From Gammaproteobacteria bacterium (GTDB lineage: Bacteria; Pseudomonadota; Gammaproteobacteria; CBDBNL01; JAAOII01): 64,000 nucleotides of DNA. Location: the NCBI GenBank assembly GCA_965209035.1, contig OZ242372.1, positions 1-64,000 on the forward strand, given 5' to 3'. Positions within the stretch are counted from its first letter, which is position 1. Each line of letters begins with the position of its first letter. The notes below the pieces were generated by a model. It saw only the letters and a list, made by a program, of their open reading frames with translations. It was not told the DNA's origin and did not search any database. The translations under genes and the position numbers were made by a program. Positions 1 through 10,139 of the stretch are shown piece after piece.

Positions 1-1044
1 CCTCCTTACGGAGAGAGTTGGCGTCAACTGAAAAAAGGAAACCCAAGGCACTTGATTGGAAATATCAAAAGAAGAATATTGAGAAAGATAGGTTTTTGGT
101 ATCCGTCAATATTCAGACATCAGTTGATAAAGTTGATGGGCAGTCACTCAGAAGGCATAGATCATATCACGCTCGATCTGGTTGATCTGATTAAACAATC
201 TGTTGATCTAAATTTCACTGCAGTTATTTTTCCGTTCAAAGTAAATAGAAAGCATAATTTCGGCAAAGAATGTGATTCCACATCGGATATCTATTACAAT
301 CTGTCAGATTCTTATTATGTAACACCGGAGGGGGATAAGAAGAAAATAAGGGTTATTCACGCCAAAGACTTCCTTAAGATGTGGAACTATTATCGGGTGC
401 GATTTTTTCGCGAAGATAAAACAATTCACCCGACAAAAGAAACCGGGCATACTATTAATGTCTGCCATCGTTATGGTTATGTTAGGTATTTAAAAAGACT
501 ACCGGGAAATGTTAATAGAGCACTTTATGAATATCCTGATGGAACACAGATAGACTTGCGTCTTGCGGATGACCTTATAAACAAAGCCAAATTGGTTTCG
601 GCAACCCTTGGAAAATATTATCTGCTACGCGTCCGCTTGCCGTGGGATGAACATATCCCTCCATACAGCCATGAGAGGTTAAAAACAGAGATGATTTCGT
701 GGGGGAATCAACAGTCTTACGACACTTTGCGAGATTGGACCTACGGCGAAGGTCTGCGTGAACAATTGTTAAAAATCTTTCCCCGGGGAAGTAATGTATA
801 TATCATGTCCAATCTTTGGAAGCCGTTTGATGAAGATTACTTCGGTCCCTTGCGCAGTTCTTTCAAGGTGTATCGCTACTATGATTTCCCGGAACTTGTC
901 CAATTAGCGGAGGGTGAAAAATGCAATACCGCGCGGTTGAAATTAATTGAGAGGCAACTTCAAGAACAGAGCACAGACAGTCTGACTTTGGATTATCTCA
1001 GGCCGATCACGACCAGCCAAAATATACAATCTCGTTTTAATTAA
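1..1044 (+). CDS. O-fucosyltransferase-like (GT-B) protein, paralog 1; 5' partial
   Basis: Frame is open from base 1 (PPYGESWRQLKKGN..., matching the N-terminus of 13943..15109). The C-terminal LGKYYLLRVR...GSNVYIMSN...YFGPLRSSFKV...LKLIERQL pattern recalls O-FucT/NodZ-like proteins, but HVRRGD is replaced by RVRLPWD. Confidence 0.5.
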   Translation, partial: PPYGESWRQLKKGNPRHLIGNIKRRILRKIGFWYPSIFRHQLIKLMGSHSEGIDHITLDLVDLIKQSVDLNFTAVIFPFKVNRKHNFGKECDSTSDIYYNLSDSYYVTPEGDKKKIRVIHAKDFLKMWNYYRVRFFREDKTIHPTKETGHTINVCHRYGYVRYLKRLPGNVNRALYEYPDGTQIDLRLADDLINKAKLVSATLGKYYLLRVRLPWDEHIPPYSHERLKTEMISWGNQQSYDTLRDWTYGEGLREQLLKIFPRGSNVYIMSNLWKPFDEDYFGPLRSSFKVYRYYDFPELVQLAEGEKCNTARLKLIERQLQEQSTDSLTLDYLRPITTSQNIQSRFN

Positions 1045-1131
1045 CGGCGGGGTATATCCCGGGTTCGGGTCTGTTTTATTGTTACCGAAGTTTCATTAAA
1101 CTTATCCTGCTCCAATAAACTAGATAGCGAA

Positions 1132-1932
1132 ATGACTAACAAAACATATCTTTGGCATATTTTTAGATCTTTATCTTTGACTTCTTACAAGAATAGTTTG
1201 GATGAACTGAAAAAAGGAAACCTGAGACATTTGATTAAGAATACCATAAAAATAATTCGGAACTGGTATCGGGTGCGCTGTTTCCGTCAGGGTGAAACAG
1301 TGCACCCGACAAAAGAAAGCCGGAAAAATACGATTAATGTTTGCCAGCGTTATGGTTATGTTGGGTCTTTGAAAAAACAACTTGGAATGCATGATCTTAA
1401 CAGCGAGGTTTATGAATGTAATGATGGAACACAGATACACTTGCGTTTTGCGGATGCCCTTATAAAAAAAGTCGAATCGGTTGCGGCGTTTCTTGGAGAA
1501 TTTTACTTGTTTAGTGTCCGAATGCCATGGGATGAATATACTCCTTACAGCCACGAGAGGTTAAAGAAGGTTATCATTTCACAGGGAAATCAACAGTGTT
1601 TCGACATTCTGCAAAATTGGACCTGCGGCAAAGGTCTGCGTGAACAATTGATAAAAGTCTTTCCGCGGAGAAGTCGTTTATACATTATGTCCAATCTTTG
1701 GAAGCCGTTTGATGAAGATTACTTCGGTCCCTTGCGGAGTTCGTTCAAGGTGTATCGCTACTATGATTTCCCTGAACTTGTCCAATTAGCGGAGGGTGAG
1801 AAATGCAATACGGCACAGTTAAAACTAATTGAGATGCAACTGAAAAACCTGAGTGCGGATAGCCTGACTTTAGATTACATCAGACGGATTTGGGCAATAC
1901 AAAATCCGCTCGCTCGTTTTGATTCCCTTTAA
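1132..1932 (+). CDS. O-fucosyltransferase-like protein, paralog 2 (lacks about 100 aa of the N-terminal region)
   Basis: C-terminal half nearly identical to paralogs 1 and 3 (YIMSNLWKPFDEDYFGPLRSSFKVYRYYDFPEL). Confidence 0.5.
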   Translation: MTNKTYLWHIFRSLSLTSYKNSLDELKKGNLRHLIKNTIKIIRNWYRVRCFRQGETVHPTKESRKNTINVCQRYGYVGSLKKQLGMHDLNSEVYECNDGTQIHLRFADALIKKVESVAAFLGEFYLFSVRMPWDEYTPYSHERLKKVIISQGNQQCFDILQNWTCGKGLREQLIKVFPRRSRLYIMSNLWKPFDEDYFGPLRSSFKVYRYYDFPELVQLAEGEKCNTAQLKLIEMQLKNLSADSLTLDYIRRIWAIQNPLARFDSL

Positions 1933-2639
1933 TTATTTTTAATTAATAGCGAAGTATGTTCCGGCGAGAGCGGATCATGTCAACCACCGTGCCTACCCGG
2001 GTTGAATCTTATCCCAAATATTTCATCATCCGCAGGTTATGCATATCCGTGAAATAATTGGAAAAAGAGTAATATCTGTCGGTATTTAATCATGCCGAGG
2101 AAGTCGTTATGACTAAGAAAATCCTAAAAAAAGCGGGAAATTTCAAAACGACCATCCACCATTCAACGCGATCCCATCGACAACTATTACAGAAACCGGC
2201 ACAAACTCACGCCGGGACAGCAGCGCATTCTACATTTCGGCAAGGCATCTCCCGCCGGGGTTAAGGAGTTTGGTTGAATCGTTCACAGTGTGCATCCATT
2301 TGCGGTTTCCCCCAAAATAAAATGGCAAAGGTATGCCAGTGTGTGGTGCCGTTTGCTGTTACAACTCGATGAAAGTCTTTGCCAAATTCACTGCCATTAT
2401 CGGTGAGGACTTTGAGGATTGGAACGTCGAGCATGTTTTACATAGCGGTAAAGAGTAGGGCGGAACTTGCCGAATAACCGGATGGTTCGACACTGACCGG
2501 CGATATGCGGGAAAAATGTCAATGCCGACGTGCAAGTAAACGTGTCGGCCACCGATGGCCCGGATGATCACATCAGAGACAACACATTCGCCGAGCCGGC
2601 TTGCTTGTACTGGCAAGGGCGTTTGCGGTTTGCGTTGAA

Positions 2640-2888
2640 GCCTACGCGAAATTGAGATTGTGACCGGATAGCGGAATTTACAGGTCTACTTTATTCATTC
2701 CAACCGGGTTTCACGGCGTGTATGTGACCCTTGGCACCATTATGCTGATTGTCATCTTGTGCCGTGTTTTGGCGGGTCATTTCACGCCGTACAGACACTT
2801 TGATTTTGATGCTGTTTCCGGGGGGAGGTATGAGCACTTCGCGGGTGTTATCCGGATTGGTTTGTTTTTGTTTGTTTATCTCCTGTAG
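2640..2888 (+). pseudogene. coxC: Decayed 3' fragment of cytochrome c oxidase subunit III
   Basis: Manual translation: AYAKLRL*PDSGIYRSTLFIPTGFHGVYVTLGTIMLIVILCRVLAGHFTPYRHFDFDAVSGGRYEHFAGVIRIGLFLFVYLL*. This matches the COX3 C-terminus (GIYGSTFF..TGFHG.HV..G...GHF...HF.FEA..WYWHFVD). Internal TGA at 2661; the WYWHFVD motif is destroyed. Confidence 0.8.
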
Positions 2889-2929
2889 TATCCGGTTTCT
2901 TTTATAACCTCTTTCCGAAGGCTACTTGA

Positions 2930-4069
2930 CTACTTGGAAGGGGAGTCGTTTTCTTTTTTATCCTTTGAGGAAAATAATTCGGTTAACCCGAAACGGATGA
3001 GTTTCAAAATATCAAGTATTTTTCCTCTTTTTAGAAGTTGAGAAAAGAGATGTAATCTTCTTCCGTATAAAATTCGTAATGCCTTTCGTTTATTAAATTT
3101 CTTAAGAAAGTGAATAAGAACAATAATATCTTTGGCGGAAAGCACGGGAGAAGATAAAAAAAGATTCAACTCGTAATTCAAACATCTGAACATATGATGC
3201 CTAATGCGGACAGGTAAATGAGTCGTTTTACGCAGAACATTTTCAATATCACTTGTTTCTTTTGCTATTGGATCCATTTTCCCGTTATGGCGGTACCATG
3301 CACTGATGTAAGCCACCGTAATATATTTTATTCCTCTAAGAGGATCGCAATGTGCGGTTGTCATGTTGCCACCAAAATTTCTGTGGGGTAAAGCATATTC
3401 ATACAAGTACTTCGGAACAACACCTATGCGAAATCTTTCCTCGTAACGCAAAGTGAAATCCAAATCTTCGCCATACTCAAAAAACGGCCTATAGCCGTCA
3501 CACTGATCAAAAGCGGATTTGTTGATCATCGTCACAGGTGATAAAACAGCCCATGGTATAGGAGGTATATCACTTAAGGTCTTTTTGCCATTCCCGGGGT
3601 CTTTAGGCATCCATTGTTTCGCAACTTTTGTAATACGATTGTTTTTATCTCTGGTAATGAGTTGTTTGGGGCAAACACAAGCGTCTTTCTCGGGATGCCG
3701 GACCAAATACTCCAACTGCTTTTCCAAGCGTTGGGGATGAGACAGGTCATCATCATCCATAAACGCAATGTACTTGCCGTTGGCATGTCCCACACCGAGA
3801 TTGCGGGCTTTCGCCAGTCCGCTATTTTTCTGAACTAGGATCTTGATGCGAGAATCTTTTTGAGCATAATCTTCCAAAATGAGTTGTGTTTTGTCTGTGG
3901 AGCCGTCATTAACGATAATCAACTCAAAGTCCTTGAAGGTTTGGCACAGAATGCTGTCAATGGCTTGCGGGGCAATCTCGGCACGATTCCAAGTGGTTAG
4001 AACAACACTAACCTTGGGATGGCTGTCTTGCATTTTTATGTTATCGGCAGGAGTAGAATTCAAAGTCAT
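2930..4069 (-). CDS. Glycosyltransferase family 2
   Basis: VSVVLTTWN, IIVNDGSTD, ARNLG, AFMDDDD, GEDLDF motifs. Confidence 0.92.
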   Translation of the reverse strand: MTLNSTPADNIKMQDSHPKVSVVLTTWNRAEIAPQAIDSILCQTFKDFELIIVNDGSTDKTQLILEDYAQKDSRIKILVQKNSGLAKARNLGVGHANGKYIAFMDDDDLSHPQRLEKQLEYLVRHPEKDACVCPKQLITRDKNNRITKVAKQWMPKDPGNGKKTLSDIPPIPWAVLSPVTMINKSAFDQCDGYRPFFEYGEDLDFTLRYEERFRIGVVPKYLYEYALPHRNFGGNMTTAHCDPLRGIKYITVAYISAWYRHNGKMDPIAKETSDIENVLRKTTHLPVRIRHHMFRCLNYELNLFLSSPVLSAKDIIVLIHFLKKFNKRKALRILYGRRLHLFSQLLKRGKILDILKLIRFGLTELFSSKDKKENDSPSK

Positions 4070-4313
4070 GTTATCACGAAGATTTTAATTTTATTATACT
4101 CCGATGTGGCTTGTTTTGTAAATGCTAATTCCATTTGATTCTTTCTCCCGGCAGTTATTGCACCCACTACTTTATGCCAGGTAGATGTTTTCTACAATCT
4201 AAGTTTGAAGCGAGTATGTTTAGGAACTATTTTTTCCAAATCCTTATAATAAACTGCAAGTTGTGTTGCACAAGGTAATTTTTAATAAGGCAACCCTCGG
4301 TTAATTTTAGAAA

Positions 4314-5483
4314 ATGCGTATCATCTTTTATTTAATTCGTTTCATTAATATTTTATTAAGGCCACTTAAGCGGCGATGGCGGGCTCGTCATGACGGAGAA
4401 CATGTGTTGCTTTCCTCCTTAAGAAAGGAAGAAGAAGAATTGAGAGCATTGGCTTCTGTTCCCAAGGAATGGCAAGATGAAGTTTTTGCCTTTAGATCGA
4501 TGTTTAATAAAAAGTTTTCTCGTTTTGTTGTTTGGGGATTAAAAGACTCTTATCATACGCATAAATTCATTCACAGGGCCTATTATTTCACGGCAAGAAA
4601 ACTGGGTATCCCAACTGTGTGGTTGGAAGATGAGCCGGCAAGCAACACATTATTGTTACCGGGCGATCTTGTTTTGGTCGTTTCCAATACGGCTTTTCCT
4701 CGCTGGGTTTCCGACAGTTCGATTCGCCCGCTACCGGATGTTCACTACATCTTTTATCGCACTTATCGCCATGATGTGATTTGTCAATTAAAAAAAGAGC
4801 AATACATCTTTTGGCAAGAGCATAAGGTTCCTCCGGCAGAGACGCCGGATCATGTTGCGTCGCAGGCTTTTATAAACCCTCAGTTTAATACCTATTTATA
4901 TCCGAACATGGACCATCCGGATACGCAGCGGATCTCCGCCGCCGAAAATGTTGATGGTCTTCTTTTTAATCCTACCTTGCGTTTTTTATGTCAGCCCTAT
5001 GGAACGGATCTGTTACCATGGGAATTCCGACCGCCGATTTTTAATCCGGATACCAAAAAGGTCAATTATATTGGGAGTTTTTGGAGTGGTAGTTCGGATG
5101 TTCTTTTACAATTTAACCGTTATCTGCGCACTGTCGGGTTACAGTTTTGTCTTTATCCTTCTGTGACCAGGGCCAAGCAAATTGATTGTATTCGCCAATC
5201 CAGGTTGGCACCTTCTATTAGCGGCAAACATGTTGTTTTCAATTATCCGCCTTGCCGCATGTATAAAAATATTTCTTACGGTCAGTTGGGGTATGCGAAT
5301 GTTCCCATACACCAAAAACTCTACAATACTTGTCATCCGCCGGTGGGCAGTCTGGAAGAGATGACCGATTATGTGTTGGGTATGTCCAAAGACGATTATA
5401 TTTCCATGACAGAAGCACAGCAAAAAATTACGCAACAATTTACTTTCTTCCAGAATTTGAGGAATATTTTTAAGTACTTTTAA
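4314..5483 (+). CDS. Putative glycosyltransferase-like protein A1
   Basis: VVWGLK..HTHKFIH, YGTDLLPWE and PCRMYKNISYGQLG motifs; the C-terminus resembles a GT-B nucleotide-sugar-binding half; located among GT genes. Confidence 0.55.
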   Translation: MRIIFYLIRFINILLRPLKRRWRARHDGEHVLLSSLRKEEEELRALASVPKEWQDEVFAFRSMFNKKFSRFVVWGLKDSYHTHKFIHRAYYFTARKLGIPTVWLEDEPASNTLLLPGDLVLVVSNTAFPRWVSDSSIRPLPDVHYIFYRTYRHDVICQLKKEQYIFWQEHKVPPAETPDHVASQAFINPQFNTYLYPNMDHPDTQRISAAENVDGLLFNPTLRFLCQPYGTDLLPWEFRPPIFNPDTKKVNYIGSFWSGSSDVLLQFNRYLRTVGLQFCLYPSVTRAKQIDCIRQSRLAPSISGKHVVFNYPPCRMYKNISYGQLGYANVPIHQKLYNTCHPPVGSLEEMTDYVLGMSKDDYISMTEAQQKITQQFTFFQNLRNIFKYF

Positions 5484-5490
5484 TATTTTT

Positions 5491-6627
5491 ATGCAGCTCC
5501 CTCCAAGCTCAAAAGGCGTTTCCATAGCATCTCCCCGGATTTTTTTGTTTCGGTTAATGACCCGATTAAAGAGTTGGTATGGTCGTCACTATAGACAGAG
5601 CATACAGAATTTACAGCCACAGAACTTAGATCGCATTCGGGCGGAAGAAGAAAGCATCAGCACTGTGGTAGTTGTTCCCAAAGATTGGCAAGAGGAAGTG
5701 TTTTCCCTGCGACAAGAGTTCCATAAAAAGTTTTCTCGTTTTATTTTATGGGGTCTAAAAGACAAACTATCACCTGACAGATTCATTCACAGAGGTTATT
5801 ATTTGACGGCAAAGAAATTGGGGCTACCGACTGTATGGTTGGAAGACAAGCCGGAGAATAATGCGTTACTAAGACCCGGCGATTTGCTAATGGTTTTGGG
5901 TGACCATCTGGACGCCCCGAGATATGACGGTGCTGTGCTTCCAAGATCCGATATTTATTATTGCTTTTATCGCACTTACAGAAATGATATTGTGCGGCAA
6001 CTGCAACAAGAGAATTACTTATTAAGGCAAGAATATCGCAACCACTTGTTATTCGGGTTACAAACAGCGGATACAATTCGTATCTCGACGAAAACAGAGG
6101 GTCTTTATTATAATCCCACCTTCCGTTTTTTATGCCAGCCCTATGGAACCGATCTGTTGCCTTGGGAATTTCGGCAACCGGTGTTTAATCCGAGTAGCCG
6201 TGATGTTAATTATGTTGGAACGCGCTGGAGGTCTAACGAAGCCAGTATGAAGCGGTTTGACAAGTATTTGCGTTCGGTTCGATTGAAATTTCAGTTGCAT
6301 TCGTTTGTCACTCTGGCCGAACACATTGATCTTATTCGTCAATCCCGACTTGCGCCGGCTCTCGGCGGTTTGGATGTGGGGCAAAATTATCCGCATTGTC
6401 GCATGTTTAAGAATATTTCTTACGGTCAATTGGGTTATACGGATATTCCGATTCATCAAGATCTATACAGTCGTTGTCACCCGCCGCCAAGGAGTCTTGA
6501 AGAGATGTCCGATGATGTGTTGAGCATGTCCAAAGACGATTATATTTCCATGATCGAGGCACAGCAAAAAATTACCCGACGATTTACCTTCTTACAACAC
6601 CTGGCGAATATATTCAAATACTTTTAA
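5491..6627 (+). CDS. Putative glycosyltransferase-like protein B1 (more distant paralog of A)
   Basis: Shares FSRF..WGLKD, QPYGTDLLPWEFR and CRMFKNISYGQLGY with A1. Confidence 0.55.
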   Translation: MQLPPSSKGVSIASPRIFLFRLMTRLKSWYGRHYRQSIQNLQPQNLDRIRAEEESISTVVVVPKDWQEEVFSLRQEFHKKFSRFILWGLKDKLSPDRFIHRGYYLTAKKLGLPTVWLEDKPENNALLRPGDLLMVLGDHLDAPRYDGAVLPRSDIYYCFYRTYRNDIVRQLQQENYLLRQEYRNHLLFGLQTADTIRISTKTEGLYYNPTFRFLCQPYGTDLLPWEFRQPVFNPSSRDVNYVGTRWRSNEASMKRFDKYLRSVRLKFQLHSFVTLAEHIDLIRQSRLAPALGGLDVGQNYPHCRMFKNISYGQLGYTDIPIHQDLYSRCHPPPRSLEEMSDDVLSMSKDDYISMIEAQQKITRRFTFLQHLANIFKYF

Positions 6628-6670
6628 TATCCGGGAGTTCACAAGAGCAATCTCTGTTTAATTTTAGAAA

Positions 6671-7843
6671 ATGCGTATCCTCTTTTATTTAATTCGTTTC
6701 ATTAATATTTTATTAAGGCCACTTAAGAGGCGATGGCGGGATCGTCACGATGAGGAAACTGCGTTGCTTTCCTCTTTAAGAAAGGAGGAAGAAGAATTGA
6801 GAGTATTGGCTTCTGTTCCCGCGGAATGGCAAGATGAAGTTTTTGCTCTTAGAAAGATGTTTGATAAAAAGTTTTCTCGTTTTGTTGTTTGGGGATTAAA
6901 AGACTGTTACCATACCCATAAATTTATTCACAGGGCCTATTATTTCACGGCAAGAAAATTGGGTATTCCGACTGTGTGGTTGAAAGATGAACCGGCAAGT
7001 AACACATTATTGTTACCCGGTGATCTTGTTTTGGTCATTGCCGATAATGCGGGTTTTCCGCGATGGACTTCCGATAGTTGGATTCGGCCTCTGCCGAATA
7101 TTTCCTATATCTTTTATCGCAATTATCGCCATGATGTGATTTGTCAATTAAAAAAAGAGCAATATATCTTCTGGCAAGAGTACAAAATTCCTCCGGCAAG
7201 AGAGACGGGTCATATTCAGTCAGGCGTTTTTACAGGCTCCGAGTTTAAAGATTATTTATATCCGAATATGGACCATCCGGATACACAGCGGATTTCCGCC
7301 GCCGAAAATGTTGATGGTCTTCTTTTTAATCCCACCTTGCGTTTTTTAATTCAGCCCTATGGAACGGATCTGTTACCTTGGGAATTCCGGCCGCCGGTTT
7401 TTAATCCGGATACCAAAAAGGTGAATTATATTGGGAGTTTTTGGGATGGTAGTGCGGATGTTCTTTTACAATTTAATCGTTATCTGCACACTGTCGGGTT
7501 ACAGTTTTGTCTTTATCCTTCTGTGACCAGGGACAAGCAAATTGATTGTATTCGCCAATCCAGATTGGCACCTTCTATTAGCGGTAAACATGTTGTCTTG
7601 AATTATCCGCCGTGCCGTATGTATAAAAATATTTCTTACGGTCAGTTGGGGTATGCGAATGTTCCCATACATCAAAAACTCTACAGTACTTGTCTTCCAC
7701 CGGTGGGCAGTCTGGAAGAGATGACCGATTATGTGTTGGGTATGTCCAAAGATGATTATATTTCCATGACAGAAGCACAACAAAAAATTACGCAACAATT
7801 TACTTTCTTCCAGAATTTATGGAATATTTTCAAGTATTTTTGA
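6671..7843 (+). CDS. Putative glycosyltransferase-like protein A2
   Basis: Close copy of 4314..5483. Confidence 0.55.
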   Translation: MRILFYLIRFINILLRPLKRRWRDRHDEETALLSSLRKEEEELRVLASVPAEWQDEVFALRKMFDKKFSRFVVWGLKDCYHTHKFIHRAYYFTARKLGIPTVWLKDEPASNTLLLPGDLVLVIADNAGFPRWTSDSWIRPLPNISYIFYRNYRHDVICQLKKEQYIFWQEYKIPPARETGHIQSGVFTGSEFKDYLYPNMDHPDTQRISAAENVDGLLFNPTLRFLIQPYGTDLLPWEFRPPVFNPDTKKVNYIGSFWDGSADVLLQFNRYLHTVGLQFCLYPSVTRDKQIDCIRQSRLAPSISGKHVVLNYPPCRMYKNISYGQLGYANVPIHQKLYSTCLPPVGSLEEMTDYVLGMSKDDYISMTEAQQKITQQFTFFQNLWNIFKYF

Positions 7844-7850
7844 TATTTTT

Positions 7851-8984
7851 ATGTTCCTCCCTCACAGATCAAAAGGCGTTTCCATAGCATCTCCCCGGAT
7901 GTTTTTGTTTCGGTTAATGACCCGATTAAAGAGTTGGTATGGTCGTCACTATAGACAGAGCATACAGAATTTACAGCCACAGAACTTAGATCGCATTCGG
8001 GCGGAAGAAGAAAGCATCAGCACTGTGGTAGTTGTTCCCAAAGATTGGCAAGAGGAAGTGTTTTCCCTGCGACAAGAGTTTCATAAAAAATTTTCTCGTT
8101 TTGTTTTATGGGGTCTAAAAGACAAACTATTACCTGACAGATTCATTCACAGAGGTTATTATTTGACGGCAAAGAAATTGGGATTACCGACTGTATGGTT
8201 GGAAGATAGGATGGAGAATAATGCGTTACTAAGGCCCGGCGATTTGCTAATGGTTCTGGGCGACTATCCGTCGGCCATGAGATACGTCAGCACAGTGCTT
8301 CCAAGACCCGATGTTTATTATTGTTTTTATCGCACTTACAGAGATGATATTGTTCGGCAACTGCAACAAGAGAATTACTTATTAAGGCAAGAATATCGCA
8401 ACCACTTGTTATTTGGGTTACAAACAGTGGATACAATACGTATCTCGCAAACAGAGGGTCTTTATTATAACCCCACTTTCCGTTTTTTATGCCAGCCCTA
8501 TGGAACCGATCTGTTGCCTTGGGAGTTTCGCCAACCGGTTTTTAATCCGACTGGCCGGAATGTTAATTATGTTGGAACTCGTTGGCGGTCTAACGAAGAC
8601 AGCATTAAGCGGTTTGACAAGTATTTGCGTTCGGTTCGATTGAAATTTCAATTGCATTCGTTTGTTACTCTGGCCGAACACATTGATCTTATTCGTCAGT
8701 CCAGACTTGCGCCGGCTCTCGGCGGTTTGGATGTGGGACAAAATTATCCGCATTGTCGCATGTTTAAGAATATTTCTTACGGTCAATTGGGTTATACGGA
8801 TATTCCGATTCATCAAGATCTATACAGTCGTTGTCACCCGCCACTTGGGAGTCTTGAAGAGATGTCCGATTATGTTTTGAGCATGTCCGAAGACGATTAT
8901 ATTTCCATGACTGAGGCACAACAAAAAATTACCCGACGATTTACCTTCTTACAACACCTGGCGAACATATTCAAATACTTTTAA
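7851..8984 (+). CDS. Putative glycosyltransferase-like protein B2
   Basis: Close copy of 5491..6627. Confidence 0.55.
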   Translation: MFLPHRSKGVSIASPRMFLFRLMTRLKSWYGRHYRQSIQNLQPQNLDRIRAEEESISTVVVVPKDWQEEVFSLRQEFHKKFSRFVLWGLKDKLLPDRFIHRGYYLTAKKLGLPTVWLEDRMENNALLRPGDLLMVLGDYPSAMRYVSTVLPRPDVYYCFYRTYRDDIVRQLQQENYLLRQEYRNHLLFGLQTVDTIRISQTEGLYYNPTFRFLCQPYGTDLLPWEFRQPVFNPTGRNVNYVGTRWRSNEDSIKRFDKYLRSVRLKFQLHSFVTLAEHIDLIRQSRLAPALGGLDVGQNYPHCRMFKNISYGQLGYTDIPIHQDLYSRCHPPLGSLEEMSDYVLSMSEDDYISMTEAQQKITRRFTFLQHLANIFKYF

Positions 8985-9112
8985 TATCCGGGAGTTCACA
9001 ATTCCCAAATGGACCGGATGTATAGAGATGATTGTTTTGCTATTACCTTGGAGTCTAACAGAGAGGAGTTCTTTTTTCTTTTTGAGGATCTTCGTTTGGG
9101 GAGATCAGATCA

Positions 9113-10072
9113 TCATGTTTCATTTTTTACCGCACTTTTTAAGCGACCGACACGCAAAAGATACAATGGCAATAGCATCACCAACAGAATAAAACGGATA
9201 TAAGGTCTCCAACAAGCATGGCAATATATCATAGACTTAATACAACACCGCATAGCAAGTATGATTTTTCTTTCTTTTTGTGCTTTTTTACATGCCTTGT
9301 ACCATAAATCATGTATCACCTTGGTATATGGAGAATAAAAAAGTTGATTCTCTTTTGCAATCTCTTCGCGAATTTTCGACCATATCACATAACGGTCCGG
9401 TATGATTCCCGATAAATTGGGAGCATCACCCGATTGGGTTGTTCGGCGTTCCATAATGACCGCGCGTCCCTCAAGAACCTTCATCTGTACTCCTTGCAAT
9501 AATCTGCTAAAAAAGAACATATCATGACCCGTAGAATATTTCTCATCGAAACCGCCGACAGCCGCTACTTTTCGCAAACATAAAACAGAACAAGAAAGAA
9601 AACCCGCCCCATCTTGCATCATCCAAAGAATCGGATCATCGGCTAATTCGGTTAACTTGGAAAAAACACTGCGATCGTCATTAACTTCCACTCTGGGAAC
9701 ACAAACGCCTGCCAATCGAGGATCTTGGCGTAAGGACTGTTCGCAATGTTCCAAGAAAGTCATGGGAATCATATCGTCCGAGTCCAAAAAACAGACAAGA
9801 TCACAATCCCCCGCTTGTAGCAGGGACTTCAAGCCGGCATTGCGGGCCGCCGCCGCACCCAGATGTGGCAGATCCAACACTGTCGTCTCAAAAATAGGGT
9901 TTTTTTCTTTAACCCAATTCTGATAATTCTTAACGGTATCATCTGTGCTACCATCATCACACAGGATCAAGCGCGCCGGCTGCATCGTCTGCTTCAAAAC
10001 GGCATCCAATGTTCGTAAAAGGAGACTCTCGCGATTGTAAACAGGAATGATAATACAGACCTTCTTTCTCAT
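9113..10072 (-). CDS. Glycosyltransferase family 2
   Basis: IIIPVYNR, CDDGSTD, AARNAG, FLDSDD, GGFDE motifs. Confidence 0.92.
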   Translation of the reverse strand: MRKKVCIIIPVYNRESLLLRTLDAVLKQTMQPARLILCDDGSTDDTVKNYQNWVKEKNPIFETTVLDLPHLGAAAARNAGLKSLLQAGDCDLVCFLDSDDMIPMTFLEHCEQSLRQDPRLAGVCVPRVEVNDDRSVFSKLTELADDPILWMMQDGAGFLSCSVLCLRKVAAVGGFDEKYSTGHDMFFFSRLLQGVQMKVLEGRAVIMERRTTQSGDAPNLSGIIPDRYVIWSKIREEIAKENQLFYSPYTKVIHDLWYKACKKAQKERKIILAMRCCIKSMIYCHACWRPYIRFILLVMLLPLYLLRVGRLKSAVKNET

Positions 10073-10139
10073 TTGTCGGTTTTTTGTAAATTCAAGTAAC
10101 TAGTGCAATATAGATAAGTTCACTATTGCCATTTTGAGA

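Larger units (their letters stand above)
4300..9002 (+). repeat. Tandem duplication of a two-gene unit of about 2.36 kb, (A-B)x2
   Basis: Start offsets are 2357 and 2360 bp. Both units share the leader ttaattttagaaaATG and the tail aaatacttttaatatccgggagttcacaa. Confidence 0.95.

Noticed and set aside
1950-2630. Short ORFs, including 2359..2616
   Set aside because: No recognisable motif; probably decayed DNA that I cannot assign.
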